This document shows positions 10,968 through 19,734 of a DNA stretch of 64,000 nt, in pieces. A program made the translations under genes and the position numbers. The DNA lies in contig NZ_CALGWU010000023.1 of the NCBI RefSeq assembly GCF_937936315.1, forward strand, positions 53,857 to 117,856. The letters are read 5' to 3'. Position 1 is the stretch's first letter; each line of letters opens with the position of its first letter. Under the pieces are notes generated by a model, which searched no databases, was not told where the DNA came from, and saw only the letters and a program-made list of their open reading frames with translations. Origin of the DNA: an uncultured Capnocytophaga sp. Lineage in GTDB: Bacteria; Bacteroidota; Bacteroidia; Flavobacteriales; Flavobacteriaceae.

Positions 10968-12365
10968 ATGAGTAAATACGACGTTATTGTATTAGGAAGT
11001 GGTCCTGGTGGTTATGTTACTGCCATTCGCGCTTCTCAATTAGGTTTCAAAACCGCTGTAATCGAAAAAGAAAACCTCGGAGGTATCTGCCTCAACTGGG
11101 GTTGTATCCCTACTAAAGCTTTGCTAAAATCAGCACAAGTGTTTGAATATCTTAAACACGCTGAAAGCTATGGTATCAAAGTAAAGGATGGCTCTTTCGA
11201 CAAAGATTTTCCTGCTGTTATCAAACGTAGTCGCGACGTAGCCTCTACAATGAGCAAAGGGGTACAGTTCTTAATGAAAAAGAACAAAATAGACGTGATT
11301 ATGGGCTATGGTACTCTTAAACCAGGTAAAAAAGTAGATGTAAAAGATAAAGACGGTAAAGTAACTGAATATAGTGCTGACCATATCATTATCGCTACTG
11401 GAGCTCGTTCACGTGAGTTACCTGCTCTTCCTCAAGACGGTAAAAAAATCATTGGTTATCGTCAAGCACTTACTCTTCCAGAGCAACCTAAAAAAATGAT
11501 TGTAGTAGGTAGTGGTGCTATTGGTATTGAGTTCGCTTACTTCTACAATGCTATGGGTACCGAAGTAACTATTGTAGAGTTTATGCCTAATATAGTTCCT
11601 GTAGAAGATGAGGATATTTCAAAACAACTTGAAAAGAGCCTCAAAAAATCAGGTATCAATATTATGACTTCTGCAGAAGTAACCAAAGTTGATACTTCAG
11701 GTAAAGGTGTAAAAGCATTCGTGAAAACCGCTAAAGGAGAAGAAGTGCTCGAAGCTGATATTTTGCTCTCTGCTGTTGGTATCAAAACAAATATAGAAAA
11801 TATTGGTTTAGAGGCAGTTGGTATTAAAACTGAACGCGATAAAATTCAAGTAAATGAATTCTATCAAACTAACATTCCTGGTTATTATGCTATTGGTGAC
11901 GTAGTGCCAGGACAAGCCTTAGCACACGTAGCTTCTGCTGAAGGTATCATCTGTGTGGAAAAAATCAAAGGTATGCACGTAGAACCTCTTAACTATGGCA
12001 ACATACCTGGTTGTACTTACTGCACTCCTGAAATAGCTTCAGTAGGTCTTACAGAAAAACAAGCTAAAGAAAAAGGCTATGAAATAAAAGTAGGTAAATT
12101 CCCATTCACAGCCTCTGGTAAAGCTAATGCCGCAGGAACTACTGAAGGTTTCATCAAAGTAATCTTCGATGCTAAATATGGTGAATGGTTAGGCTGCCAT
12201 ATGATTGGAGCTGGTGTTACCGATATGATTGCTGAAGCCGTAGTAGCCCGCAAGTTAGAAACTACAGGTCACGAAATTATCAAAGCTGTGCACCCTCACC
12301 CTACTATGAGTGAAGGCGTAAAAGAAGCTGTAGCCGCTGCTTATGGTGAAGCTATTGATATTTAA
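10968..12365 (+). CDS. lpdA: Dihydrolipoyl dehydrogenase (E3)
   Basis: FAD motif GSGPGGY, the redox-active disulfide GGICLNWGCIPTK, NAD motif, and C-terminal HPHPT. Confidence 0.95.
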   Translation: MSKYDVIVLGSGPGGYVTAIRASQLGFKTAVIEKENLGGICLNWGCIPTKALLKSAQVFEYLKHAESYGIKVKDGSFDKDFPAVIKRSRDVASTMSKGVQFLMKKNKIDVIMGYGTLKPGKKVDVKDKDGKVTEYSADHIIIATGARSRELPALPQDGKKIIGYRQALTLPEQPKKMIVVGSGAIGIEFAYFYNAMGTEVTIVEFMPNIVPVEDEDISKQLEKSLKKSGINIMTSAEVTKVDTSGKGVKAFVKTAKGEEVLEADILLSAVGIKTNIENIGLEAVGIKTERDKIQVNEFYQTNIPGYYAIGDVVPGQALAHVASAEGIICVEKIKGMHVEPLNYGNIPGCTYCTPEIASVGLTEKQAKEKGYEIKVGKFPFTASGKANAAGTTEGFIKVIFDAKYGEWLGCHMIGAGVTDMIAEAVVARKLETTGHEIIKAVHPHPTMSEGVKEAVAAAYGEAIDI

Positions 12366-12397
12366 TCAGTACTTACAAATTTAAACAAATATCTAAA

Positions 12398-12432
12398 AAC
12401 TCCAAGTAACAAAATTGCTTGGAGTTTTTTTT
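12398..12432 (+). terminator. Rho-independent terminator after lpd
   Basis: 9-bp stem AACTCCAAG/CTTGGAGTT followed by T8. Confidence 0.65.
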
Positions 12433-12447
12433 AAAAAAAACTTTATT

Positions 12448-13149
12448 ATGTTAGAATACATTGATTATAAAGAAGTCTTTCTAAAGCTATTTTTTAGCTA
12501 TCGAACTTTTCTATATGCATTTTTAATCTACTATCTAATTAAAAATAGAAGCGATTGGAAACGAATGAGTTATCAACTATTTGCTGTTAATATTTTCTTG
12601 CCCATAATAAGCTTAGTAGTAAATATATATCCATTAAACCTAAAAGGTTTAGAGTTTTTTTACTTTTTTGGATATGCTTCAGGTATTTATTTTTTCTATG
12701 GGTTGGTAGCTTATTTTTTAGAAACAGATAAAGCACCACGTTACGATATGAATATATGGGTATTGTTGCTGGTAAGCGTATTCTCATTAGGTGCTTATGT
12801 ACCTATTTGGATAATGAAAAAATACAAACAATACAATATCAATACCAAATACTTCTGGATAGTATTGGTATATTTGTATCTATACCACCTGCGTCTTAAC
12901 TTTATGGGTATTACCGATTGGAGTAATTCCCAAATTGGAAATCTAAATATATTGTATATTATTAGTATTTCCTCACTGATTATTTGGACAATAGTAATAT
13001 TATTTTTTTTACAAGAACAGATTGAAAAGAAGAGTAAAATTATACAATTTAGAAATTGGTATTTCACCTTGCTGTTTGGTATCTTCTACATTCAATATAA
13101 AATAAATGACGAAGTACAATTTTGGAAGAGAAAAGGCATAGAAAAATAA
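12448..13149 (+). CDS. Hypothetical polytopic membrane protein (very AT-rich, Y/F/I-rich)
   Basis: Long ORF in an AT-rich stretch with several hydrophobic segments. The ORF-track start at 12415 is a TTG inside the lpd terminator, so the start is set at ATG 12448. Confidence 0.35.
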   Translation: MLEYIDYKEVFLKLFFSYRTFLYAFLIYYLIKNRSDWKRMSYQLFAVNIFLPIISLVVNIYPLNLKGLEFFYFFGYASGIYFFYGLVAYFLETDKAPRYDMNIWVLLLVSVFSLGAYVPIWIMKKYKQYNINTKYFWIVLVYLYLYHLRLNFMGITDWSNSQIGNLNILYIISISSLIIWTIVILFFLQEQIEKKSKIIQFRNWYFTLLFGIFYIQYKINDEVQFWKRKGIEK

Positions 13150-13277
13150 GTGATATATTCTTTCTAAAACAAAAATATATAAATACTATGTATTTGATAA
13201 ATAACTGTTTACTAAATATTTTATAAAAAATATTAAAAAAAGTTTGCGAAAAACTTGCAAGAAATGAAAAATCGTTA

Positions 13278-13285
13278 TACCTTTG
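13278..13285 (+). promoter_or_regulatory. -7 box TACCTTTG for the tRNA Ser-Pro-Arg cluster
   Basis: TAnnTTTG lies about 40 nt upstream of the tRNA-Ser 5' end. Confidence 0.5.
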
Positions 13286-13323
13286 CAACCGCAAAACAGA
13301 AATAATAAGTTCATATACATAAA

Positions 13324-13410
13324 CGGAGAGGTGCCGGAGTGGTAACGGAGCAGATTGCTAATCTGTCGGCGGGTAACCGTCGCCTGGGTTCGAGTCCCAG
13401 TCTCTCCGCA
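13324..13410 (+). tRNA. tRNA-Ser (anticodon GCT)
   Basis: 87-nt cloverleaf read by hand: GGAGAGG acceptor, long variable arm, anticodon loop TTGCTAA, T-loop GGTTCGAGTCC. Confidence 0.85.
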
Positions 13411-13438
13411 TCTAAATGTACTCATTAGATAAGTTTCT

Positions 13439-13513
13439 CGGGGCGTAGCGTAGTCCGGTCATCGCGCCTGGTTTGGGACCAGGAGGTCGCAGGTTCGAAT
13501 CCTGCCGCCCCGA
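13439..13513 (+). tRNA. tRNA-Pro (anticodon TGG)
   Basis: CGGGGCG/CGCCCCG acceptor, anticodon loop TTTGGGA, T-loop GGTTCGAATCC. Confidence 0.85.
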
Positions 13514-13577
13514 CAATAAAATATTTCATTAATGTTCCTTTTAGTGACATTTTTGAAATATTTTTTTTGAAATATAG

Positions 13578-13651
13578 GGTCACGTAGCTCAGCTGGATAG
13601 AGCATCTGCCTTCTAAGCAGACGGTCACAGGTTCGAATCCTGTCGTGATCA
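13578..13651 (+). tRNA. tRNA-Arg (anticodon TCT)
   Basis: GGTCACG/CGTGATC acceptor, D-arm GCTCAGCTGGATAGAGC, anticodon loop CTTCTAA, T-loop GGTTCGAATCC. Confidence 0.85.
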
Positions 13652-13690
13652 CGAGAATTTGTTTCATTTTGTATTAAAATTTATGTTCGA

Positions 13691-13727
13691 AATAACGCAG
13701 AGTTTCCGCTCTGCGTTATTTTGTTTT
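13691..13727 (+). terminator. Rho-independent terminator after the tRNA cluster
   Basis: 12-bp perfect stem AATAACGCAGAG/CTCTGCGTTATT followed by TTTTGTTTT. Confidence 0.7.
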
Positions 13728-13820
13728 AAAGAGCAAGTGTCCTTTTTTATTTTAGAAAACTTTTTTTGTTTATAAAGTTTTTGTCAGTACCTTTGCACCC
13801 GCAAAACAAAGAACAGAATA

Positions 13821-14749
13821 ATGAAACACTCCTTATTTATACTATTTTTAGCAGCATCACCTTTTATTTTTTCCCAAAAAACAATAAAAGATTCTCTACA
13901 AGAACTCCCTAAAGTAGATCAGAAAGCTTATAGAAAAGCACAATTAGAACGCGCTTTGTCAAAAATATGGGAACTCGACCGTGAAGACCAACGCGGTACT
14001 TTTAAACTCGTAGAATACCTCCCTATGTATGTAATGCCATTCCGCTTTACTGATAAACCTACAGAGCAACCCATAAGCCTTAACCCCGACCGCCCTATCC
14101 CCGAATGGAGAGATTATCAACATATAGAAACAAAATTTCAAGTAAGCCTAAAAGCTAAAATTATGCAAGACGCTTTTGGTAAAGGCGATGTCTGGGTTGC
14201 TTTCACTCAGCAATCCTATTGGCAGATGTATAATGGCGAACTCTCACGTCCATTTAGAGAATTGAATTATGAACCCGAACTCATCTTTACCTATCCACTC
14301 AACTTCTCAGCAGGGAACCTAAAAATGAAAATGATAGGCTTATCCGTAAATCACCAATCTAATGGTAAAGAAGCGGCACATTCCCGCAGTTGGAACAGGA
14401 TTATTTTTCAGGTATTTTCCTATGGAATGATTTAATGGTTAATAGCCGTTTCTGGTGGCGTTTCTCAGAAAAGGCAAGAGAAGATGACAATCCCGATATT
14501 GAGAATTATATAGGACGTTGTGAATTGAGCATTGCTTACCCATTCGGTAAAAATGTTTTTAATTTGAAAGTGAGAAATAATTTAAATTTTAATCATAATC
14601 GTGGACACGTAGAGTTAAATTGGATATACCCTCTTAGTCGCGACCTGCGTATTCTCTTGCAAGCATCTCACGGCTATGGCGATTCCCTTATCGATTATAA
14701 TTATAAACAAACAATCGTAGGTATAGGATTTACCTTCTTAAGCCTTTAA
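13821..14749 (+). pseudogene. pldA: Outer membrane phospholipase A1 (OMPLA), split by a frameshift in a T5 run near 14404-14408
   Basis: ORF 13821-14435 carries the catalytic HQSNG and SRSWNR motifs. ORF 14390-14749 in frame 2 carries DDNPDI...SHGYGDSLIDYNY, which matches the OMPLA C-terminus. The two join if one T is added to ATTATTTTTCAGG. Confidence 0.7.
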
Positions 14750-14889
14750 GTAAACCAATCTTACCCTTTATCTCTTACTTCTTATTTAAAATAAAGGAAA
14801 CTTTTTTTGTTTATTAAGTTTTTTCGTTGTACCTTTGCCCCCGAAATCAAGAGGTTTAATAAATTGACAAATCAACAAATTAATATAGT

Positions 14890-15534
14890 ATGAAAGAGGA
14901 TATTGTAAAGCGCGCTTTAAATGACTTTATGCAGTATGGGTTTAAAACCTTTACTATGGATGATTTAGCTAACAAAAAGGGGATGTCTAAAAAGACGCTT
15001 TATGAACATTTTCCCTCTAAACAAGATTTAGTAGATGCTTGTTTAGATTATGCTTTAGAGATGAGTTGTACAAATGTAACTACTTTTGTACAAGGAGAAG
15101 GATCTGTGATAGAAAATGTATACCGCAACCAGAAAAAAGTTCAAGAAGTTTTCAATATCAACAGCGACCGCCCTATTTGGGAGTTACAAAAATACTATCC
15201 TAAAACATACGAACGTATGGAAGGTGAGTTTGCTAAAACTGATGCACTTTTTATAGATAAACTCTTAGAAAAAGGTTGGCAAGAAGGTCTTTTTAGAAAA
15301 GATATCAATGTGAACTTCTATAAGGTTTTCTATACTAGTGTACAACGTCTCCGCTCTATAACTCATACTTTCCCTGAAAGAGAATTTCCCTTCTGGGAAA
15401 CTATCTATACTATTTTAGAGTACTTTTTTAGGATACTTGTCAATGAAAAAGGACTTAAAGAATTAGAACGAGTATTAGAACAAGAAAGAAAACAAAAAAT
15501 AAACGAATTTCAGTTGCTAACAACTAATGACTAA
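14890..15534 (+). CDS. TetR/AcrR family transcriptional regulator
   Basis: N-terminal helix-turn-helix (FTMDDLANKKGMSKKTLYEHFPSKQDL). TACCTTTG box at 14830-14837. Confidence 0.8.
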   Translation: MKEDIVKRALNDFMQYGFKTFTMDDLANKKGMSKKTLYEHFPSKQDLVDACLDYALEMSCTNVTTFVQGEGSVIENVYRNQKKVQEVFNINSDRPIWELQKYYPKTYERMEGEFAKTDALFIDKLLEKGWQEGLFRKDINVNFYKVFYTSVQRLRSITHTFPEREFPFWETIYTILEYFFRILVNEKGLKELERVLEQERKQKINEFQLLTTND

Positions 15535-15546
15535 AAACAAATATCA

Positions 15547-16881
15547 ATGAAAAAAATCATTACAAGTGCTTTGTTCTGCCTCAGTTTTATGAGCTTTGCA
15601 CAACAAAAAGAATTGACTTTAAAAGAAGCTATTCGTTATGCTTTAGAAAATAAAGCTGATGCTGAGAAAGCGCGATTAGAAGTGACCAAAGCCAATTATA
15701 AGATACAAGAAGTACGTGCTAATGCATTGCCTAATATTTCAGCTTCAGGTGGTATGGTATACAATCCTAAATTACAAGCTACTTATATTGATGGTAGTAC
15801 CTTTGGTATACCTGGTGGAGACCCTTTAAAAATGGAAATGGGACAAAAATGGTCGGCTAATGCTGAAGCTAAACTTACCCAAGTACTCTTCAATCAATCG
15901 GTATTTATGGGACTAAAAGCAGCGCGTACTACCCGTGAATTCTATATGCTCAATCAACAACTTACTGAAAATGATATTATAGAAAAGGTAGCCAAAGCTT
16001 ACTATCAAGTATATCAAACCCGACAAACATTGGAAAATATAGAAAGTAATTTGGCACTTACCGAGAAAACAGCTAATGTAGTAAAAGGATTAAACCAATC
16101 AGGTTTATCTAAAAAAATAGATCTCGATCGCACTACAGTGGCTGTAAATAATCTCAAATCGGCACGCCAGCAAGCACTTAACGGATTACAACTCTCCGAA
16201 AATGCACTTAAATATATGATAGGAATGCCTATGAATGAGTCTATTACATTGCCTAAAGAAGGATTTGAAGCTAATTATGATTTGGCTTTCGATAAAGGAA
16301 ATACCAATAATCGTATAGAGTTGCAAGTACTTGAAAAACAAAAACAACTTTTAGATATTAATGTAAAGGTACAACGTGCAGCACTCTATCCATCATTAGC
16401 TTTGCAAGCTACCTATGGATATTTGAGTATGGGACCTAAAACACCTATTTTTTATGGTGAAAAAGATAAAGTATATGGTTCTGATTATTCAGCTATCACT
16501 TTAGGATTGAACATACCTATTTTCTCAGGTTTTGGTACACGTGCCAAAATACGCCAAGCTCAGATAGAAAGTCAAGCACTTGAAGCTACGCTCAAAGATA
16601 CTCGTTTGGCAATGGATTTGGCTCATGAAAATGCTCGTAGCCAGCTCACTAATAACCTCCTTACTATTGATTCACAAAAAGAAAACGTAAAACTCGCTGA
16701 AGAGGTGTTACTCAATACTCAAAACAATTATCGACAAGGGTTAGCTTCTCTCACTGATTTATTAGAAGCTGAACGCTCTCTATCTGATGCTAAAAATAAC
16801 TATACTACTGCCTTATTAGACTATAAATTAGCAGAAATTGAGTTGCTGAAATCACAAGGGAGGTTAGAGACTATGAAGTAA
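15547..16881 (+). CDS. TolC-family outer membrane efflux protein
   Basis: Signal peptide and two OEP repeats with coiled-coil/barrel alternation (for example LTDLLEAE). Confidence 0.8.
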   Translation: MKKIITSALFCLSFMSFAQQKELTLKEAIRYALENKADAEKARLEVTKANYKIQEVRANALPNISASGGMVYNPKLQATYIDGSTFGIPGGDPLKMEMGQKWSANAEAKLTQVLFNQSVFMGLKAARTTREFYMLNQQLTENDIIEKVAKAYYQVYQTRQTLENIESNLALTEKTANVVKGLNQSGLSKKIDLDRTTVAVNNLKSARQQALNGLQLSENALKYMIGMPMNESITLPKEGFEANYDLAFDKGNTNNRIELQVLEKQKQLLDINVKVQRAALYPSLALQATYGYLSMGPKTPIFYGEKDKVYGSDYSAITLGLNIPIFSGFGTRAKIRQAQIESQALEATLKDTRLAMDLAHENARSQLTNNLLTIDSQKENVKLAEEVLLNTQNNYRQGLASLTDLLEAERSLSDAKNNYTTALLDYKLAEIELLKSQGRLETMK

Positions 16882-16904
16882 ATTCTATATCAAATCATAA
16901 AAAG

Positions 16905-16960
16905 AGGTTACTTAAATATAATAAACAACCTCTTTTTGTATAGTTTAGTGAAGTAAATAT
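16905..16960. terminator. Bidirectional terminator hairpin between convergent genes
   Basis: AAAGAGGTT-N19-AACCTCTTT. Confidence 0.45.
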
Positions 16961-17388
16961 AATTTTTTCTTCGCATAGTCTATTATAGCTTTTTTCTTTT
17001 GGAGTAAGTCAGCACCTATGATACCATGTACAGGAAGTGTTTGAAACTGCTGTAGCGCTTCGTTTACGTGTGTTAAATCAAATAGAACTAGAGGAAGTCT
17101 TCGGATGCTTAATGCTCCTATTTCTAAGTGATTTTTTATGGCAACTTGTGTTTCCATACCACTTGTGCCTGCACCAGCAGCTTTTATTTCTGACGCTTTT
17201 GCTTGCAGATTAAAATAGGTTGTCCACTCTATTCCTACACAAGTATTAGAAGCTCCTGAGTCTAAGATAAAACGTCCTTCCACTCCATTGATTTTAGCTT
17301 GTAGCACAAAATGTTTAGTAAGGGTAAACTCAAGCGGAATAGCAATATATCCTTTCTCTATGAGTAGTTTCTTTAAAGTAAATCCCAT
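16945..17388 (-). CDS. Retropepsin-like aspartic protease domain protein
   Basis: The ILDSGAS motif (D-S/T-G active site) in a protein of about 15 kDa. Confidence 0.6.
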   Translation of the reverse strand: MGFTLKKLLIEKGYIAIPLEFTLTKHFVLQAKINGVEGRFILDSGASNTCVGIEWTTYFNLQAKASEIKAAGAGTSGMETQVAIKNHLEIGALSIRRLPLVLFDLTHVNEALQQFQTLPVHGIIGADLLQKKKAIIDYAKKKLYLLH

Positions 17389-18446
17389 TTGCTTTTAACT
17401 TCATTTACTATTTCCTTAATGTTTTGTTCTTTTGCTTTTGGGTAGATGAGCAAAACATCATCTCTATCTACTATAATGTAGTCTTTAAGTCCATCTATTA
17501 CTACAAATTTAGCGCCTTCAGTACGGATAATATTGTTTTCAGCATCTTTGAGTAATACTCTTGCGTTGATAACGGCATTTTGAGCACTATCTTTTGGTGA
17601 TTTTTCATGTAAAGACCCCCAAGAACCTAAGTCATTCCAATCAAAATTAGCAGGAAGTACGTAAATATTAGTAGAAGGTTCTAAAATAGCATAGTCTACT
17701 GATATATTTTCAGCTTCAGGGTAAGCTTTAGCTATAAAATCTACTTCGTTTTCAGTGTTATAAGTATCTTCTCCTTTTTTGAAGAGTTCATACATAGTAG
17801 ATTGATAAGTTTTATAAGCATTAAGTACTGTTTGGGTACTCCATATAAAAATGCCGGCATTCCACAAAAAGTTACCTTGTTTTAAAAAGTCTTTAGCAGT
17901 AGCATAATCAGGTTTTTCACGAAATTGATTTACTTTTTTGATACTAGTACTATCATCTTTATCGTATTGTATATAGCCATAGCCAGTGTTAGGGAAAGTA
18001 GGTACTATACCTAAAGTGAAGATATTATCGTTTTTTTGTGCTGCATTGAAACATGTAATGACATTATGCATAAAGGCTTTTTCATCTTCAATCCATGCAT
18101 CACTAGGGGCTACTATCATCACTCCATTTGGGTTACGTTTGTTCACCTTCATTGCAGCATAGAGTATGCAGGGAGCCGTATTGCGCATACAAGGCTCTAA
18201 TACTAAGTTTTTAGGCAATATATTAGGAATCTGTTCTTCTACGATATCTTTGTATCGTTCGTTTGTAAGAATAAGAATATTTTCCTGTGGAATAAACTTC
18301 TGTAAGCGAGAATAAGTACGTTGCAAGAGCGTTTGCCCTGTGCCTAGCATATCGTGAAATTGTTTAGGGTATTCCGTAGTACTCACAGGCCAAAAGCGTG
18401 AACCTACCCCCCCAGCCATAATCACTGCATAGTAATTGTTTACCAT
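17373..18446 (-). CDS. manC: Mannose-1-phosphate guanylyltransferase
   Basis: Nucleotidyltransferase motif MAGGVGSRFWP and GDP-mannose pyrophosphorylase-like length. Confidence 0.8.
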   Translation of the reverse strand: MVNNYYAVIMAGGVGSRFWPVSTTEYPKQFHDMLGTGQTLLQRTYSRLQKFIPQENILILTNERYKDIVEEQIPNILPKNLVLEPCMRNTAPCILYAAMKVNKRNPNGVMIVAPSDAWIEDEKAFMHNVITCFNAAQKNDNIFTLGIVPTFPNTGYGYIQYDKDDSTSIKKVNQFREKPDYATAKDFLKQGNFLWNAGIFIWSTQTVLNAYKTYQSTMYELFKKGEDTYNTENEVDFIAKAYPEAENISVDYAILEPSTNIYVLPANFDWNDLGSWGSLHEKSPKDSAQNAVINARVLLKDAENNIIRTEGAKFVVIDGLKDYIIVDRDDVLLIYPKAKEQNIKEIVNEVKSKWDLL

Positions 18447-18471
18447 AAATGTAATATTTTAATTTAAGATT

Positions 18472-19071
18472 TTAAGTTTTAATAAGTTCAACCTCCGCGT
18501 GTGGTTGAAATATATATTTTTTTCCAGAGTTCACTTCCACACAGTCATAACATTTTACACGGCGTTGCCCTTTGCGGAATACACGCCCATCCTTGATCCG
18601 GAAAGTGCTTCCTATTGGAATTTCATAAATAAAACTCACATTTTCACTTATATCAAATTGCTTAAGAGCAATAGCTAATACAGGGTCTACATCACTACTG
18701 GACATAGGGTTTAAGAAATGTCGCTGTAATATGCCTAACAATTGTTGAGGAAATATCTCTGGAATGATAAAAGGTCTCATCAGTTGTTGGAATGTGTATT
18801 TCCACTCATTGCCGTGAGGTTTGATAAGTCTTCCAAAACGTTCAAAAGCTATCAAATGTGCTACTTCGTGAATAAAAGTTATCAAAAAACGGTATTTATT
18901 AGCAGTAGCATTCATTGTGATGAGATGTTGTCCGTTAGGAAGTTGCCGATAGTCTCCGTGCCTTGTTTTTCGCTCATTTACAATACGCAAATAAATATTG
19001 TTTACTTTTATGAGTTCAAAACAAGGAATTACAGCGTTTTCGGGTAAATATTTAAACAGAATTTCTCTCAT
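18472..19071 (-). CDS. SprT-like zinc metalloprotease domain protein
   Basis: HExxH motif (HEVAHLIAFERFG). Start set at the internal ATG (MREILFKY). Confidence 0.55.
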   Translation of the reverse strand: MREILFKYLPENAVIPCFELIKVNNIYLRIVNERKTRHGDYRQLPNGQHLITMNATANKYRFLITFIHEVAHLIAFERFGRLIKPHGNEWKYTFQQLMRPFIIPEIFPQQLLGILQRHFLNPMSSSDVDPVLAIALKQFDISENVSFIYEIPIGSTFRIKDGRVFRKGQRRVKCYDCVEVNSGKKYIFQPHAEVELIKT

Positions 19072-19121
19072 AGCCCGCAAATGTACAAAAAATATTTTAC
19101 ATTCACAAAAAAAATAATCAA

Positions 19122-19694
19122 TTGTCAATTCGTAAACTCGTGAATTTTCTCTATTTTTGCCGTGTTTGTAAACCAAAGAAAAATATGTCAATCATAAGTT
19201 ATTTAAAATTCCTCATAAGATCAACTAATCAACACGGAGTTCATTCTCCTTTTGTTTATAATTTTGTAACTCGTTGCTTGTACAATAAACAGTTAGTGAG
19301 TACAAAAGAACTCTCTAATTGTTTATCAGTTATATCTAAAAAACAACTCATTTCATTACTGAAAATTATTCGCTATTTAGGAGTGAATACTATATTTACA
19401 GATGAAAAAAAACTCTCTATAAAAGAAAATTGCAGTCTTGTAACCGAATTACAACCTGCAACCACTTACGATCTTCTTTTTATCAATGATCTCAAAGCAG
19501 ATTGTGATTTTTACCTAGATTTTATGCATAATGATAGTATCCTTGTTGTTAATAATATTCATCAAGAGAAAAATAAACTTTTATGGAGGAAACTTATAGA
19601 TAATGAAAAAGTTACCGCTTGTATAGATGTATATTATCAAGGGTATATTTTTATAAGAAGAGAACAACTTAAAGAAGTTTTTTATATAAGATAA
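19122..19694 (+). CDS. Hypothetical protein
   Basis: ORF only. Confidence 0.3.
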   Translation: MSIRKLVNFLYFCRVCKPKKNMSIISYLKFLIRSTNQHGVHSPFVYNFVTRCLYNKQLVSTKELSNCLSVISKKQLISLLKIIRYLGVNTIFTDEKKLSIKENCSLVTELQPATTYDLLFINDLKADCDFYLDFMHNDSILVVNNIHQEKNKLLWRKLIDNEKVTACIDVYYQGYIFIRREQLKEVFYIR

Positions 19695-19730
19695 GAGGTA
19701 AGAAAAAGAAAATCTTACCTCTTATTTTTA
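19691..19730. terminator. Bidirectional terminator (13-bp perfect hairpin)
   Basis: ATAAGAGGTAAGA-N9-TCTTACCTCTTAT between convergent genes. Confidence 0.6.
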
Positions 19731-19734
19731 TTTC

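Noticed and set aside
12415-12447. TTG-initiated start of the 244-aa ORF.
   Set aside because: It lies inside the lpd terminator hairpin and T-run, so the first ATG (12448) is more plausible.
13186-13667. Minus-strand ORFs at 13186-13425 and 13425-13667 (79-80 aa) in the ORF track.
   Set aside because: They overlap three well-formed plus-strand tRNA genes and AT-rich spacer, so they are spurious.
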